Assembly: GCA_030698625.1 (NCBI GenBank)
Contig: JAUYMS010000028.1
Span: 3,854-67,853, forward strand
Direction: 5' to 3'
Origin: Candidatus Omnitrophota bacterium
GTDB taxonomy: Bacteria; Omnitrophota; Omnitrophia; Omnitrophales; Aquincolibacteriaceae
Length of the DNA: 64,000 nt
In this document: piece by piece, positions 1 to 10,202 of the stretch
How positions within the stretch are numbered: the stretch's first letter is position 1
Layout of the letters: every line of letters begins with the position of its first letter
Translations under genes and position numbers: made by a program
The notes under the pieces: generated by a model
What the model was told of the DNA's origin: nothing
Databases searched by the model: none
Seen by the model: the letters and a program-made list of their open reading frames with translations, nothing else

Positions 1-821
1 AGGAAGCGATTGCCACAGTGATTGATAGCGTCCGGAATGCGCTAAAGGGCACATCCCACACCTATGAGCTCCTTGTTGTGGATGATTGCTCGGACGATAA
101 GACCGTTGAGATCGCCGCGTCGAAGGGCGTGAAGGTCATTCGGCGGCGGATGAGAGGCGGTTCTGGATCCTCCCGCCGAACGGGTATCCGGGAATCGCAA
201 GGAGCGATCATCGTCATGCTTGATGCCGACGGCTCTTACGAAGCAGGAGATATTCCGCGGTTACTCGAATATTTCCCGGAGTACGACCAGGTTAATGGCG
301 CTAGAACAAGCGAGCAGGGTACGTTGAAGCTTCTGCGCACGCCGGCGAAGTGGATCATTCGAAAGCTCGCGTGTTATTTAACAAGCCAGAACATACCGGA
401 TTTGAATACCGGACTCAAGGCGTTCAAAAAAGATATCATGAAAAAGTACCTATGGGTACTCCCTGATGGGTTCTCATGCGTCACGACGATGACTCTGGCG
501 TTTCTAGCTAATGGCTTTGCCGTAAAATATATCCCTACGACGTATCACAAGCGGATAGGCAAATCGAAGTTTCATCCGGTAAAAGACACCGCTTCATACC
601 TCAATACAGTTGTTCGTATGGTGATGTACTTCAAACCCTTACGTGTTTTCATGCCCTTGGCTTTCGGGCTGCTTGCCTTTGGGCTGATTAAATCTGTTTT
701 GAGTCTTGTCTATACCTCGACGATTCAGGAGTCGGATATCATTATCATTATGACTGCTGTACTTCTTGGTGCCGTTGGGCTCCTCGCAGATTTGATTGTC
801 GCCTACCAGAATCGTGACTAG
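1..821 (+). CDS. Glycosyltransferase family 2 (DPM/GtrB-like, C-terminal TM helices), 5'-truncated by the window
   Basis: Frame is open from the window start (EAIATVIDSV...); VVDDCSDD and LDADG motifs; hydrophobic C-terminus. Confidence 0.9.
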   Translation, partial: EAIATVIDSVRNALKGTSHTYELLVVDDCSDDKTVEIAASKGVKVIRRRMRGGSGSSRRTGIRESQGAIIVMLDADGSYEAGDIPRLLEYFPEYDQVNGARTSEQGTLKLLRTPAKWIIRKLACYLTSQNIPDLNTGLKAFKKDIMKKYLWVLPDGFSCVTTMTLAFLANGFAVKYIPTTYHKRIGKSKFHPVKDTASYLNTVVRMVMYFKPLRVFMPLAFGLLAFGLIKSVLSLVYTSTIQESDIIIIMTAVLLGAVGLLADLIVAYQNRD

Positions 822-3141
822 ACGCTTCAAAGACTCCTTCGCCATTACTCTCATCATTGCCGCGATCGCGGTGGTGTTCTATGATCTCTTGACCCTGGAT
901 CAGGCCTTTCTTAGCGGGGATCACCGCGAACAGCAATATCCCTGGGCGTTTATATTTCAGGAGGCTCTGAGGGGCGGGCATCTACCGTGGTGGACACGTG
1001 CCATTCATTGCGGATTTCCAATCCTTGCGGAGGGGCAGATCGGTGCTTTTTACCCGGTCAACATCCTGTTCTACGCGCTCTTGCCCATCAAGTGGGCATA
1101 CAACTACAGCATTCTATTCCATTATGTCGTCGGCGGGCTGCTGTTCTACGCATACCTGCGTCGGTCTGGGCGTTCCACAGAAGCATCCTTTATCGCGGCC
1201 GTTATTTTCCTTTTTGGTTCCAGTCAAGGGGGATACTTTTATTATAATTACATCTCTCAGAAAGTAGTTATTTGGCTCCCGCTGACTCTTCTATTGATAG
1301 ATCGCCTGCGTGAGAGGAAGCAGGCGCTGGATGCGTTTCTGCTGTCGTTAGTATTTGCCTTACAGATATTTGGCGGGTATCTCCAAGTGGCGATTTACTC
1401 TGTTCTTTATTCATCAATCTATTTCCTTTTCTTCTGGTTTCGTGAGCGAAGCACGAAAGTGGTCCTCCTTTTTACGGCATCGGGGTTGCTGGCTATCTTT
1501 TTTTCGCTAGTCCAACTGCTGCCGACGCTTGAGCTTGCACTTCTCTCATCGCGAGCCGAGGCAGTGAAAGGGATAGCGTATCTGGGATCCGCTACACCCA
1601 TGGCCTGGCTAACGCTGTTTTTCCCGTCCTGGGATTCCTTCCTTAGGTCGGAGTTTTACGTGGGCATTTTGGGCCTATTTTTCGCAATCATGAGTTTTTC
1701 GGGAGAGAGGGATACAAAGCGTAATTTTTTTGTTTTCGGAGCAGCCCTTTTCTTTCTGCTGGCGTTGGGGCAGTACAGCCCCCTTTATGTGGGTATCGTG
1801 GAGATGACCGGGTTTAATGGGTTTCGCACTCCCATTAAATTTCTTTTTTTTGTGACTTTTTCAATGGGGGTCTTGGCGGCTTATGGCTGGGATTCATTTT
1901 TCCAGGAAACTCGAAGGGTGGGGGCGCTGAAGTCGTATCGTTTCTTTGTGATTGTGGTGGGCGCCATGGTCCTCGCTCCTCCGGTCATTGAGTTTGTCCT
2001 CACGGCTTTCCGAGAGACCTTTCTCCCGGTACTCAAGGATTATGTAACTGACCATATATTCGGAAGGCCGGGCCATCACCATTCGTTGGAACATTATATG
2101 AGTCAGGCGGTTTCTTTCTATGACAGTACAATTGATATGGTGACGCTTAAGAATAAATACACATTGAGTGCGTGGCTGTCGCTGGTAGTTGGTTTGGTGG
2201 TCGCGCTAGGGATGGGCCGAGCCGGTTTTAAATCGGTCCGCGGGGTACAGCTCCTGTGCACGTTACTTCTCTTTGTGGACCTGTTCTTTTATGGTTTTAA
2301 CAGCATCAAGCCGAACTATATGCCGTTCGATAGTATCGGGGACAAAAGGGGAGAATCCGCGATTGTCGACGAAATAAAGAAGGATCCGGGTCTGTTCAGA
2401 ATAAGCGAGGTCTACGGCGAGTTGTGGCATAACGACGTCTACCCGATGGTGCCTAGCTCTAATATGCTCCACGGGATCGATGATGTCGGGGCATACTCTC
2501 CGCTCGCCATGAAGGATTACGGTGCCTTCTTGAAGGGCTGGGCCTATGTCAATGATTCCCTCTCTGTCAATTTTGTGACGGCCGACGGTGTTCTTGCTAA
2601 TCTCGAGCGGCTGAGTTTGTTGAACGTGAAGTATATTCAGTCGACCGTTCCGTTGGAACATGAGGATCTGACTCTCTTGATGACCGACAAGGATGTCTTG
2701 CTGTATAGGAATGATGCGGTCCGCTCGCGAGCGCTATTCGCCCCGGGGATGAGAGGGCCGTCGAGTTTGGACCAGATCATGAAAGCGCGTCTTATCGATA
2801 TTCCGATCGAAAGTTATGAGAATCAGCGGGTCCGCATACAATTCGAGGCCGTAACCGACGGTCTTTTCTTGCTCTCAGACATGGCCTATCCGAATTGGGG
2901 GGTGCGTGTGAACGGTGCGGATTCAGCTGTTCTGAAATGGGCCGGTCTATTTCGCGCCGTGGAGGTTCGGCGGGGCGTAAACGACATCGTCTTTGAGTAC
3001 ACGCCGAGACTTTACCGATCCGTGGGTTTGGCGGCAGCGATGACGGCTATCTTGCTGAGCCTGTTCTTTTTGTCTCGATCAGTTCCTGCTTATACGCGAA
3101 GGTTGACGGCCGAGGTTAAAGGCCGGGGGGCAATCGGATGA
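814..3141 (+). CDS. YfhO-family multi-pass membrane protein (GT-C-like)
   Basis: Many TM segments; PWW...CGFPILAEGQIGAFYP N-terminal motif; C-terminal LSDMAYPNW...FRAVEV...IVFEY typical of YfhO; GTG at 814 overlaps the upstream stop. Confidence 0.8.
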   Translation: MTRRFKDSFAITLIIAAIAVVFYDLLTLDQAFLSGDHREQQYPWAFIFQEALRGGHLPWWTRAIHCGFPILAEGQIGAFYPVNILFYALLPIKWAYNYSILFHYVVGGLLFYAYLRRSGRSTEASFIAAVIFLFGSSQGGYFYYNYISQKVVIWLPLTLLLIDRLRERKQALDAFLLSLVFALQIFGGYLQVAIYSVLYSSIYFLFFWFRERSTKVVLLFTASGLLAIFFSLVQLLPTLELALLSSRAEAVKGIAYLGSATPMAWLTLFFPSWDSFLRSEFYVGILGLFFAIMSFSGERDTKRNFFVFGAALFFLLALGQYSPLYVGIVEMTGFNGFRTPIKFLFFVTFSMGVLAAYGWDSFFQETRRVGALKSYRFFVIVVGAMVLAPPVIEFVLTAFRETFLPVLKDYVTDHIFGRPGHHHSLEHYMSQAVSFYDSTIDMVTLKNKYTLSAWLSLVVGLVVALGMGRAGFKSVRGVQLLCTLLLFVDLFFYGFNSIKPNYMPFDSIGDKRGESAIVDEIKKDPGLFRISEVYGELWHNDVYPMVPSSNMLHGIDDVGAYSPLAMKDYGAFLKGWAYVNDSLSVNFVTADGVLANLERLSLLNVKYIQSTVPLEHEDLTLLMTDKDVLLYRNDAVRSRALFAPGMRGPSSLDQIMKARLIDIPIESYENQRVRIQFEAVTDGLFLLSDMAYPNWGVRVNGADSAVLKWAGLFRAVEVRRGVNDIVFEYTPRLYRSVGLAAAMTAILLSLFFLSRSVPAYTRRLTAEVKGRGAIG

Positions 3142-3242
3142 AGAATTGGATAATTGTGATTTGGGCGTTCAGCGTAATCCTGGTGTATTGCTGGAATATG
3201 TGGGTGAATAAGGTTGCGGAATCCGTGGGAGGGTTGCTGTGA
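3138..3242 (+). CDS. 34-aa hydrophobic small protein MKNWIIVIWAFSVILVYCWNMWVNKVAESVGGLL (not in ORF track)
   Basis: ATGA overlap with the upstream stop and GTGA overlap with the downstream start; fills the gap exactly; one TM-like segment. Confidence 0.65.
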   Translation: MKNWIIVIWAFSVILVYCWNMWVNKVAESVGGLL

Positions 3243-5092
3243 TTCTGTGGTTTGCAATGCCAGCTGTGACCTTCCTGTGTTTTAGTGCGGGGCGCCTGTG
3301 CATCACGAGATGGCGGATTACAATGGAGAAAGACGAGCAGGTGCTTTTCGGGACAGCGGTCGGCATGGGGATGCTTTCTTACGGCGTGCTTCTCCTCGGC
3401 CTTATGGGGCAACTCCGCCTGGTTTCTCTATGCGGATTGCTGATCGTTTTGTTGATTATGAGCGCGATGAACTGGGGACATTCCTGGGCGGCACTGAAAA
3501 GGGCGGTTGCCTTGTGGGAACCTAAAGCTCATCCGTGGAATACGGCTATTTTTTTAGGCAGCGGCCTATGTCTTGCGACTGCCTTTTTGGGCGTTCTTGC
3601 TCCGGAGACGACTAATGATTCTCTATGTTATCACCTCCATTTACCTAAACTTTTTTTAGTCTCGGGCACCATAGGGCCAATCCCGTACGAAGTGAATTCG
3701 TTGTTCCCGTTTTTTATGGAGATGCTTTATACGGCGGGATTGACTGTGGGAGGAGAGGCCCTTTCTAAGTATTTTCATTTCTTGACCGGAATCTTGGCAG
3801 CCATGGCAGTGCTGGTATACGCCCGTCGATACACTTCACGAGTCTATGCCTGGTGGGCGGCGCTGCTGTTTCTAACTACGCCCGGAATTATTAACCAGTT
3901 GTCTACGACTTACGTCGATGTTGGCCTGACATGCTACGGCGTACTTGCGTTGTACGGATACCTGCGTTGGCGTGAGACTCGTGAAACGAGCTGGGCCGTC
4001 CTCGCGGGGATGTGTGCCGGTTTTATGCTGAGCATCAAGTACCTGGCATTGATTGCGTGTCTCGGGATGGGCTTGTTGCTGATCTATGAATTAATTCGAA
4101 GGCGGCAGCTCCTGCGTGGGCTTATCTCGGTCATTCCGTGGTTCTTGATTCCGATGTGTCTGTGTGCGGGCTATTGGTATGTGCGTGCTTATGTGGAGCT
4201 GGGTAACCCCGTCTACCCGTATTTTTATTCGATCTTTAAAGCCGGGGATCCAACGATCCATTACAACGATATCGGTGTTTCGAAGAATATCCTTTCTTTT
4301 GTAGCGGTGCCGTGGCTAATGACCATGCGCCCGGATATTTTTGAAGGTTTTGGCGTGCAGATCGGACCCGGATATTTAGCGTTTCTGCCTTTGGCGTTCA
4401 TGTCGCGGAGCAAGATTCCAAATGCGGGGAGCTTGGCCTTTTTTAGTCTTTTCTATCTCGTGTGCTGGTTTTTCCTGGGGCAGAGCTTGAGATTTCTCTA
4501 CCCCATCCTGCCGGTCCTGGCAATGCTGATGGCGGGTGGTTTTGCCTACAGCTCTTCATTGGGCAATGTAGGGCGTTGGGTTCCGGCCATGGTGGCAGCT
4601 GTGATATGGATTCATGCGGGAGTTGCTTTCTATCATCATCGAAGCATTTATCAAGTCGCGCTGGGGCTTGAATCAGGCACTGAGTATCTCAGCAAGCGTG
4701 AGCGGAGTTTTGACGTCGCGCAATGGGTAAATAAGAACTTGGATGCAGACAGCAGAATCATGAACGTTGACGAGACTCACATGTACCACTTCGAACGGCC
4801 GATTGTACGCGAGATCGTCTATGCCGGCCGTACCGAATATTATGAGGGGGCCGAGTCGGCCGCGGATGTGGTTCGGCGTCTTCTGGCAGATGGTTTTACA
4901 CATATTCTGGACGTGAGTCGTCCGAGCGATGGGAGTCACTCCGGGCAGTCTCCTTTCCGGCTGCCCCGCCTTCTTCGGGAAGGGCAAAAGGAGCTTGCCC
5001 TTCATTTGGATCTCCTCTACACTCATGCGTTTAGAGAGGACTCTGGCGAGGCGGTGCGATACCGCCTGTATTATCTGAATCCCAGTATCTGA
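3239..5092 (+). CDS. ArnT/PMT-like (GT-C) membrane glycosyltransferase
   Basis: Multi-TM protein; DSLCYHLHLPK, YVDVG and WYVRAYVELGNPVYP motifs; soluble C-terminal domain. Confidence 0.7.
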   Translation: MILWFAMPAVTFLCFSAGRLCITRWRITMEKDEQVLFGTAVGMGMLSYGVLLLGLMGQLRLVSLCGLLIVLLIMSAMNWGHSWAALKRAVALWEPKAHPWNTAIFLGSGLCLATAFLGVLAPETTNDSLCYHLHLPKLFLVSGTIGPIPYEVNSLFPFFMEMLYTAGLTVGGEALSKYFHFLTGILAAMAVLVYARRYTSRVYAWWAALLFLTTPGIINQLSTTYVDVGLTCYGVLALYGYLRWRETRETSWAVLAGMCAGFMLSIKYLALIACLGMGLLLIYELIRRRQLLRGLISVIPWFLIPMCLCAGYWYVRAYVELGNPVYPYFYSIFKAGDPTIHYNDIGVSKNILSFVAVPWLMTMRPDIFEGFGVQIGPGYLAFLPLAFMSRSKIPNAGSLAFFSLFYLVCWFFLGQSLRFLYPILPVLAMLMAGGFAYSSSLGNVGRWVPAMVAAVIWIHAGVAFYHHRSIYQVALGLESGTEYLSKRERSFDVAQWVNKNLDADSRIMNVDETHMYHFERPIVREIVYAGRTEYYEGAESAADVVRRLLADGFTHILDVSRPSDGSHSGQSPFRLPRLLREGQKELALHLDLLYTHAFREDSGEAVRYRLYYLNPSI

Positions 5093-5100
5093 AAGGACTT

Positions 5101-6405
5101 ATGAAGGTTGCACTTATTGATCTGAAGGAGAGCCGTAACGGCTGTAATAATAAGGACAAGGCAGGCGGTTTCGGCAACAAGTCACACGGCGAAGATCTGA
5201 TCTCTCGCATTTATGCTTATTTTAAGCATAGTCAAGTCGATGTTCCCGTAATGCACTTTGGCTATATGGCCGCTATCTTTCGCCAGCATGGGCATACAGT
5301 CAAATTCTACGATGCAGAGCCCGAGGACGAGGAACTGGTCATCATGGCTTCCTCGATCGTTGGTTATGACGAAGAACTCTCGTTTGCTCGCCGCATCCAA
5401 AAGCCCGGCAGGAAGATCGGTTTCATCAACGCATTTGCCACTGTGAAGCCGGAGATCTTTCTCAATGCGTCAGACTTTGTGATTAAGGGGGAACCGGAGC
5501 AGGCCACGATTGAAATTGCCAAAGGGAACGTGAAGCCAGAGGGGGTGATTGACAGCGCCTTGATCTTTGACCTCGAGAGTCTTCCGTTTCCGGACTGGGA
5601 TGGTTTTCCTGTTTCCCGGTACGGCTATTACCCGGTCTTGAAGAAGAAACCGCTTATTTCTATCCTCACGAGCCGGGGCTGTTCGTTTGACTGCAGCTAT
5701 TGTCCGTATATGGTCACTCAGACGGAAAGGTGGCGCAGGCGTTCCGCCAAGCATGTCTGCGATGAAATTGAATACCTTCAAAAGAAGTACAAGGTGCGCA
5801 GCCTCGTTTTCCGCGACATCATGTACACCCAAAGCAAACAGCGCGCCATTCAGATTTCTGAGGAGATCATTCGGCGCGGAATTCGCGTCGAGTGGAGTTG
5901 TGAAACTCGAGCCGATTGCTTGGAAGAGGATACACTGAGACTACTCCACCGGTCGGGGCTGCGAGTTATTCACTTAGGGATCGAGTCGCCAGAGGATCAG
6001 ATCGTCAAAGATTCGGGACGCATCCCAATCAAAGAGATGCAACAGGAGAAGATCGTGCGGCTGTGCGAGAAGATCGGAATCGACGTTATCGGATTTTATA
6101 TCCTCGGCTTTGTCGCGGACACTCAGAAATCCATGCGGCGAACGATTGATTACGCCAAACATTTGAATACGCCTCTGGCGCAGTTCGATGTCATGACGCC
6201 GTATCCCGGTACAAAATTCTATGATGAGATGAGGGACCGTATCTTGAGCCACAATTGGAAGGAATACACAACCCATCATCCGGTCGTTCGACTGGATAAT
6301 GTCTCTCACGAAGAAGTGCTCGACTTCAAGAATCGCGCTTACCGGGAGTATTATTTTCGGTCGAGTTGGATGCTCAAGCACGGACTGAAGACCGTCCTCG
6401 GATAA
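5101..6405 (+). CDS. B12-binding-domain radical SAM protein
   Basis: SRGCSFDCSYC (CxxxCxxC), GEPE, GIES and TPYPGT motifs. Confidence 0.85.
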   Translation: MKVALIDLKESRNGCNNKDKAGGFGNKSHGEDLISRIYAYFKHSQVDVPVMHFGYMAAIFRQHGHTVKFYDAEPEDEELVIMASSIVGYDEELSFARRIQKPGRKIGFINAFATVKPEIFLNASDFVIKGEPEQATIEIAKGNVKPEGVIDSALIFDLESLPFPDWDGFPVSRYGYYPVLKKKPLISILTSRGCSFDCSYCPYMVTQTERWRRRSAKHVCDEIEYLQKKYKVRSLVFRDIMYTQSKQRAIQISEEIIRRGIRVEWSCETRADCLEEDTLRLLHRSGLRVIHLGIESPEDQIVKDSGRIPIKEMQQEKIVRLCEKIGIDVIGFYILGFVADTQKSMRRTIDYAKHLNTPLAQFDVMTPYPGTKFYDEMRDRILSHNWKEYTTHHPVVRLDNVSHEEVLDFKNRAYREYYFRSSWMLKHGLKTVLG

Positions 6406-6419
6406 GCGGAGAGATCACC

Positions 6420-7322
6420 ATGATTGCAATCACCGGAGCCACAGGCTTCATCGGTGTGCATCTTATCAAGGCCCTGCAGGAAAGGGGGGTGGCGTTTCGC
6501 TGCCTCGTCCGCGCTAATTCCACTAGGGTGAGCCAAGTAAAGGCTCTGACCGAGCATGTCGTCCAGGTCGACTACAGTCGACCCGAGACTTTGCGTAAAG
6601 CGTTTACGGGGTGCGATGTCCTTGTACATGCCTTGGGTCTCATTAACGGGAGTGAGGAAGAACTGCGCGAGGCCAATATTGAGTGCCCGCGCAGAGTGTT
6701 TGAGGCCGCAACGAAGGCCTCGGTCGAGCGCGTTGTTTTTATCAGCTCCGTAGCCGCTTTGAGACGGCATGGACCCTATGGCGTGACCAAGTCCGAGGGT
6801 GAGGATGTGCTGAGGAGTTCCGGGATTCCCTACATCATTCTACGTCCGGCATACGTTTATGGGGTGGGTGACGAAAACAATACGGCTCTGATGCTGCGAA
6901 CCTTAAAACGATTCCCGGTGATCCCTGTACTGGGAGGCGGGCAGTTCCGGTTACAGCCCGTGTACGTCGACGACGTCTGCGATCTGATCGTTCAAGCGCT
7001 CAGATGCAAAACCTGGAATCGGGCGTACACGGTTGCAGGACCGGAACAGATTACATTGTGGTCCATGCTGAAGTTGCTTGCCGGAGGTCTCGGGGTGAGT
7101 CGACTTCTTGTACCGATCCCGCTAAAACCGGTTCAGGCGTTGATGCGTTTTTATCTTCGCTTTTTTCCCGAGACCAAGCTCCCGGCCAAGCAGATACTCG
7201 AGTTGGATAAACACGAGGCCTTTGATATCTCAGAGACACAATCGAATTTTAATTTTAAGCCCCGGCCTTTTCGCGAAGGGGTTGAGGGGATGTTTACCGG
7301 CGACCTATGTGCGGCATTGTAG
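6420..7322 (+). CDS. NAD-dependent epimerase/dehydratase (atypical SDR)
   Basis: ITGATGFIG and YGVTK; ATG at 6420 follows a GGAG RBS. Confidence 0.85.
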   Translation: MIAITGATGFIGVHLIKALQERGVAFRCLVRANSTRVSQVKALTEHVVQVDYSRPETLRKAFTGCDVLVHALGLINGSEEELREANIECPRRVFEAATKASVERVVFISSVAALRRHGPYGVTKSEGEDVLRSSGIPYIILRPAYVYGVGDENNTALMLRTLKRFPVIPVLGGGQFRLQPVYVDDVCDLIVQALRCKTWNRAYTVAGPEQITLWSMLKLLAGGLGVSRLLVPIPLKPVQALMRFYLRFFPETKLPAKQILELDKHEAFDISETQSNFNFKPRPFREGVEGMFTGDLCAAL

Positions 7323-9223
7323 GCTATTTTACTCCTGATCCCAAACAGGCCGACGGCTCTTTTTTGGCCGCGATGAATGAAACTCTAGTGCACCGGGGCC
7401 CCGATGCTTCGGGGTTGCTTCGACGACCGCATGCGGGTTTGGCGATGCGGCGTTTGAAGGTCATTGATCTCGAGACCGGAGACCAGCCGATTTCAAGCGA
7501 ATCCGGATCCTGCCATATTGTTTTCAACGGGGAGATATACAATTTCCGGGAGTTGCGGGACCGTCTTGAAAAGAAAGGGCATCATTTCCGAACTCGGTCT
7601 GATACGGAGGTTTTGCTACACGCCTACGTTGAGAAACGCGAAAAGTGTCTCGATGATCTCAATGGCATGTTTGCCTTTGCCGTCTACGATGAGAAAGATA
7701 AGAGCCTATTTGTGGCTCGAGACCGGCTTGGAATTAAGCCGCTCTTTTATGCGGAGACAGACAAAGGACTGGTCTTTGCTTCCGAGCTGAAGGCCTTTCT
7801 GGCTTGCCCGTGGATTTCCTGTGAACTTGATCTGCAAGCGCTTTCCCATTTTCTGAGCTTGAATTATTTGCCCCCTCCGTGGACACCCCTTAAGGGAATA
7901 AGACAATTGCTGCCGGGTCACTGGATGCGTGTTCAGGCCGACAAAGTTGAGGTGAAATCCTACTGGGAGATTCCGCTTGAAGAGAACCGTGACATCTCGG
8001 AGCGGGAGGCCGTCACAGAAATTACACGCCTTTTGCATCGCTCCATCGAAAGGCAGTTGATTGCCGATGTGCCCGTAGGCGCTTTCCTCAGCGGGGGGAT
8101 GGACTCAAGCACTCTGGTTGCTCTCATTAAAGAGCATCGGCACGATAAGATTAAAACCTTTTCGGTGGGCTTTGAAGACCCGGTCTATGACGAGACGCCT
8201 TATGCGAGGGAAGTGGCAAAGTACTTTGGCACCGAGCACTATGAAATGCTCTGTAAACCAGAAGATGTGAGCCGCTCTTTATCCCGCATTGCCTTTCAGG
8301 CGGACAACCTGTTGGCGGACCAGGCAGCCCTGCCTCTGTATCATGTCTCGCAATTGGCTAAACAGCATGTGACGGTCGCCTTGTCGGGTGATGGGGGTGA
8401 CGAATTATTTGTCGGATACCCGACATTTCATGCTGACCATTATCACTCTTTGTATACTCGTTTGCCGCGGTTCTTGCGGAAGAATGTGATCGAGGCCGGA
8501 ATACGGGCCCTGCCGGCCTCGACAGGAAAGCTCAGTTGGGACTATCGCGCCAAGAAATTTATTCAGGCGGGCGACATGTCTCGAGAGAAGGCGCATTACT
8601 GGTGGCGAACTATTTTTACGACCGACGAAAAGGAAAGCATTCTCACCGAGGCAGCGTGGCGTGCCATCCCCGACAAAGATGCCTTCGGGCTTTATGCCGA
8701 ATACTTTAACAGATCGACGGGCTCCAGTTTTGTGAATCGCGCTCTTTATGCGGACCAAAAGGTATGGCTGCCCGGCAATAACCTTTGTAAGGTAGATACC
8801 ATGTCGATGGCCCATGGGTTGGAAGCGCGTGTTCCCTTCCTGGATCACGAGTTGGTCGAAACCGTCGCGCGCCTGCCGGCCGAGATGAAGTTTCGCGGCC
8901 GCATATTGAAGTACCTGCTCAAGAAAGCGATGAAGGGCCGCCTACCCGAATCAATTATCAAGAGACGGAAGGCCGGATGGCATATGCCCATTGCCGGCTG
9001 GTTGCGGGGGCCCATGGCGGGTTATGCTCAGGATTTACTCCTACAGCAGAAGACGCCGGTCCATGGGCTATTTAAACAAGATGCGCTTGCGGCATTGATT
9101 CGAGAACATCGTGTCGGCAGGCATAATCACGCCTTCAAGATATGGGGACTTCTGGTTTTGAATCATTGGTCGGGCCAGTTCTTAAGCAAGCAGCAGGTCG
9201 GGCAGGCGGTGAGTGCGTCATGA
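7307..9223 (+). CDS. asnB: Asparagine synthase-like glutamine amidotransferase (probably sugar amidation)
   Basis: MCGI N-terminus, HRGPD, FNGEIYN, LSGGMDS, SGDGGDELF, EARVPFLD. Confidence 0.93.
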   Translation: MCGIVGYFTPDPKQADGSFLAAMNETLVHRGPDASGLLRRPHAGLAMRRLKVIDLETGDQPISSESGSCHIVFNGEIYNFRELRDRLEKKGHHFRTRSDTEVLLHAYVEKREKCLDDLNGMFAFAVYDEKDKSLFVARDRLGIKPLFYAETDKGLVFASELKAFLACPWISCELDLQALSHFLSLNYLPPPWTPLKGIRQLLPGHWMRVQADKVEVKSYWEIPLEENRDISEREAVTEITRLLHRSIERQLIADVPVGAFLSGGMDSSTLVALIKEHRHDKIKTFSVGFEDPVYDETPYAREVAKYFGTEHYEMLCKPEDVSRSLSRIAFQADNLLADQAALPLYHVSQLAKQHVTVALSGDGGDELFVGYPTFHADHYHSLYTRLPRFLRKNVIEAGIRALPASTGKLSWDYRAKKFIQAGDMSREKAHYWWRTIFTTDEKESILTEAAWRAIPDKDAFGLYAEYFNRSTGSSFVNRALYADQKVWLPGNNLCKVDTMSMAHGLEARVPFLDHELVETVARLPAEMKFRGRILKYLLKKAMKGRLPESIIKRRKAGWHMPIAGWLRGPMAGYAQDLLLQQKTPVHGLFKQDALAALIREHRVGRHNHAFKIWGLLVLNHWSGQFLSKQQVGQAVSAS

Positions 9224-10143
9224 GTGAGACTCAGATGCAGACGGGGCGCATGGACTGGGTCCGGGAGTATTTGAAGGAGCTGCCTCATTGCCCGCTGTGC
9301 CATGGCCGTGGCGCAACGCCGTTGCTGGAATTAGGACCCTTGCGAGTTTGGCGCTGCAAAGATTGCAGATTGATGTATTTGAACCCATGTCTTTTTCCCG
9401 ACGAACAGAAAATGATTTTTTCCTCACCCGATTTCCTAACCCGTGTCAGCGAGTTCTTCGCGGATTATTATCAAGGCGAAACTTGGAACACTCCGCGGAC
9501 CCTAGCGGTTTATAACGGCGTGATGCGGGAGTTGGCCTCTTTGTTTCCGGCGAAAGGGAAAATTGTCGACATCGGGTGCGGCCGCGGCGCTTTTTTGAAG
9601 GCGGCGAAGGCCGGCGGGTGGACCGCTAGCGGAGTCGAACCCAACTTTGATGATGCTGAACACTTGCGGCGTGATCATGATATTGAAGTATTCCAAGGCG
9701 ACTTTTTTGAAGCCGCGCTTCCTGAGTCAGGATTCGATGTGGTTTCCATGTGGGATCTCATAGAGCATGTCCCCGAGCCGGGTGATTGGGTAAGGCGCTG
9801 TGCCAAACTACTCAGGCCGGGCGGCGCTCTCTTGCTGGCTACTCCGAATCATTTTAGCTTCTTAGATTTTCTGGCGTTCACGTCGTATCGTCTTAGCTTC
9901 GGAAATTTTTCTTACGCTTTGGAGAAGCTTTATACCGTCGATCATACCCTTTACCTGACACAGCATACCTTAAGGGACCTCTTTGAGCGCTCGGGGTTTA
10001 CCGTAGTTAAGACAATTAAGGTCAATACGGATCTGAGCCGCTATGCGATGGGCCCTTTGTTTCGCGGTATTGCGGAGGGATTGCTGGCGGTTGGCGGCCT
10101 GATGCAGCTTCACAATCGCGTGATAATGATTGCTATTAAATGA
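9220..10143 (+). CDS. Class I SAM methyltransferase with N-terminal Zn ribbon
   Basis: CPLC...CKDC, DIGCGRG, WDLIEH; ATGA overlap with asnB. Confidence 0.85.
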   Translation: MSETQMQTGRMDWVREYLKELPHCPLCHGRGATPLLELGPLRVWRCKDCRLMYLNPCLFPDEQKMIFSSPDFLTRVSEFFADYYQGETWNTPRTLAVYNGVMRELASLFPAKGKIVDIGCGRGAFLKAAKAGGWTASGVEPNFDDAEHLRRDHDIEVFQGDFFEAALPESGFDVVSMWDLIEHVPEPGDWVRRCAKLLRPGGALLLATPNHFSFLDFLAFTSYRLSFGNFSYALEKLYTVDHTLYLTQHTLRDLFERSGFTVVKTIKVNTDLSRYAMGPLFRGIAEGLLAVGGLMQLHNRVIMIAIK

Positions 10144-10164
10144 TCAGTTTTCGGTCGGGTGAGG

Positions 10165-10193
10165 TTGACTTTTTTTCAGCCCGCTGTTAGAGT
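10165..10193 (+). promoter_or_regulatory. Sigma70-like promoter TTGACT-N17-TAGAGT with TGn extension
   Basis: Near-consensus boxes in a 59-bp intergenic gap; ATG lies 9 nt after the -10 box. Confidence 0.6.
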
Positions 10194-10202
10194 GTTGCCC
10201 TT

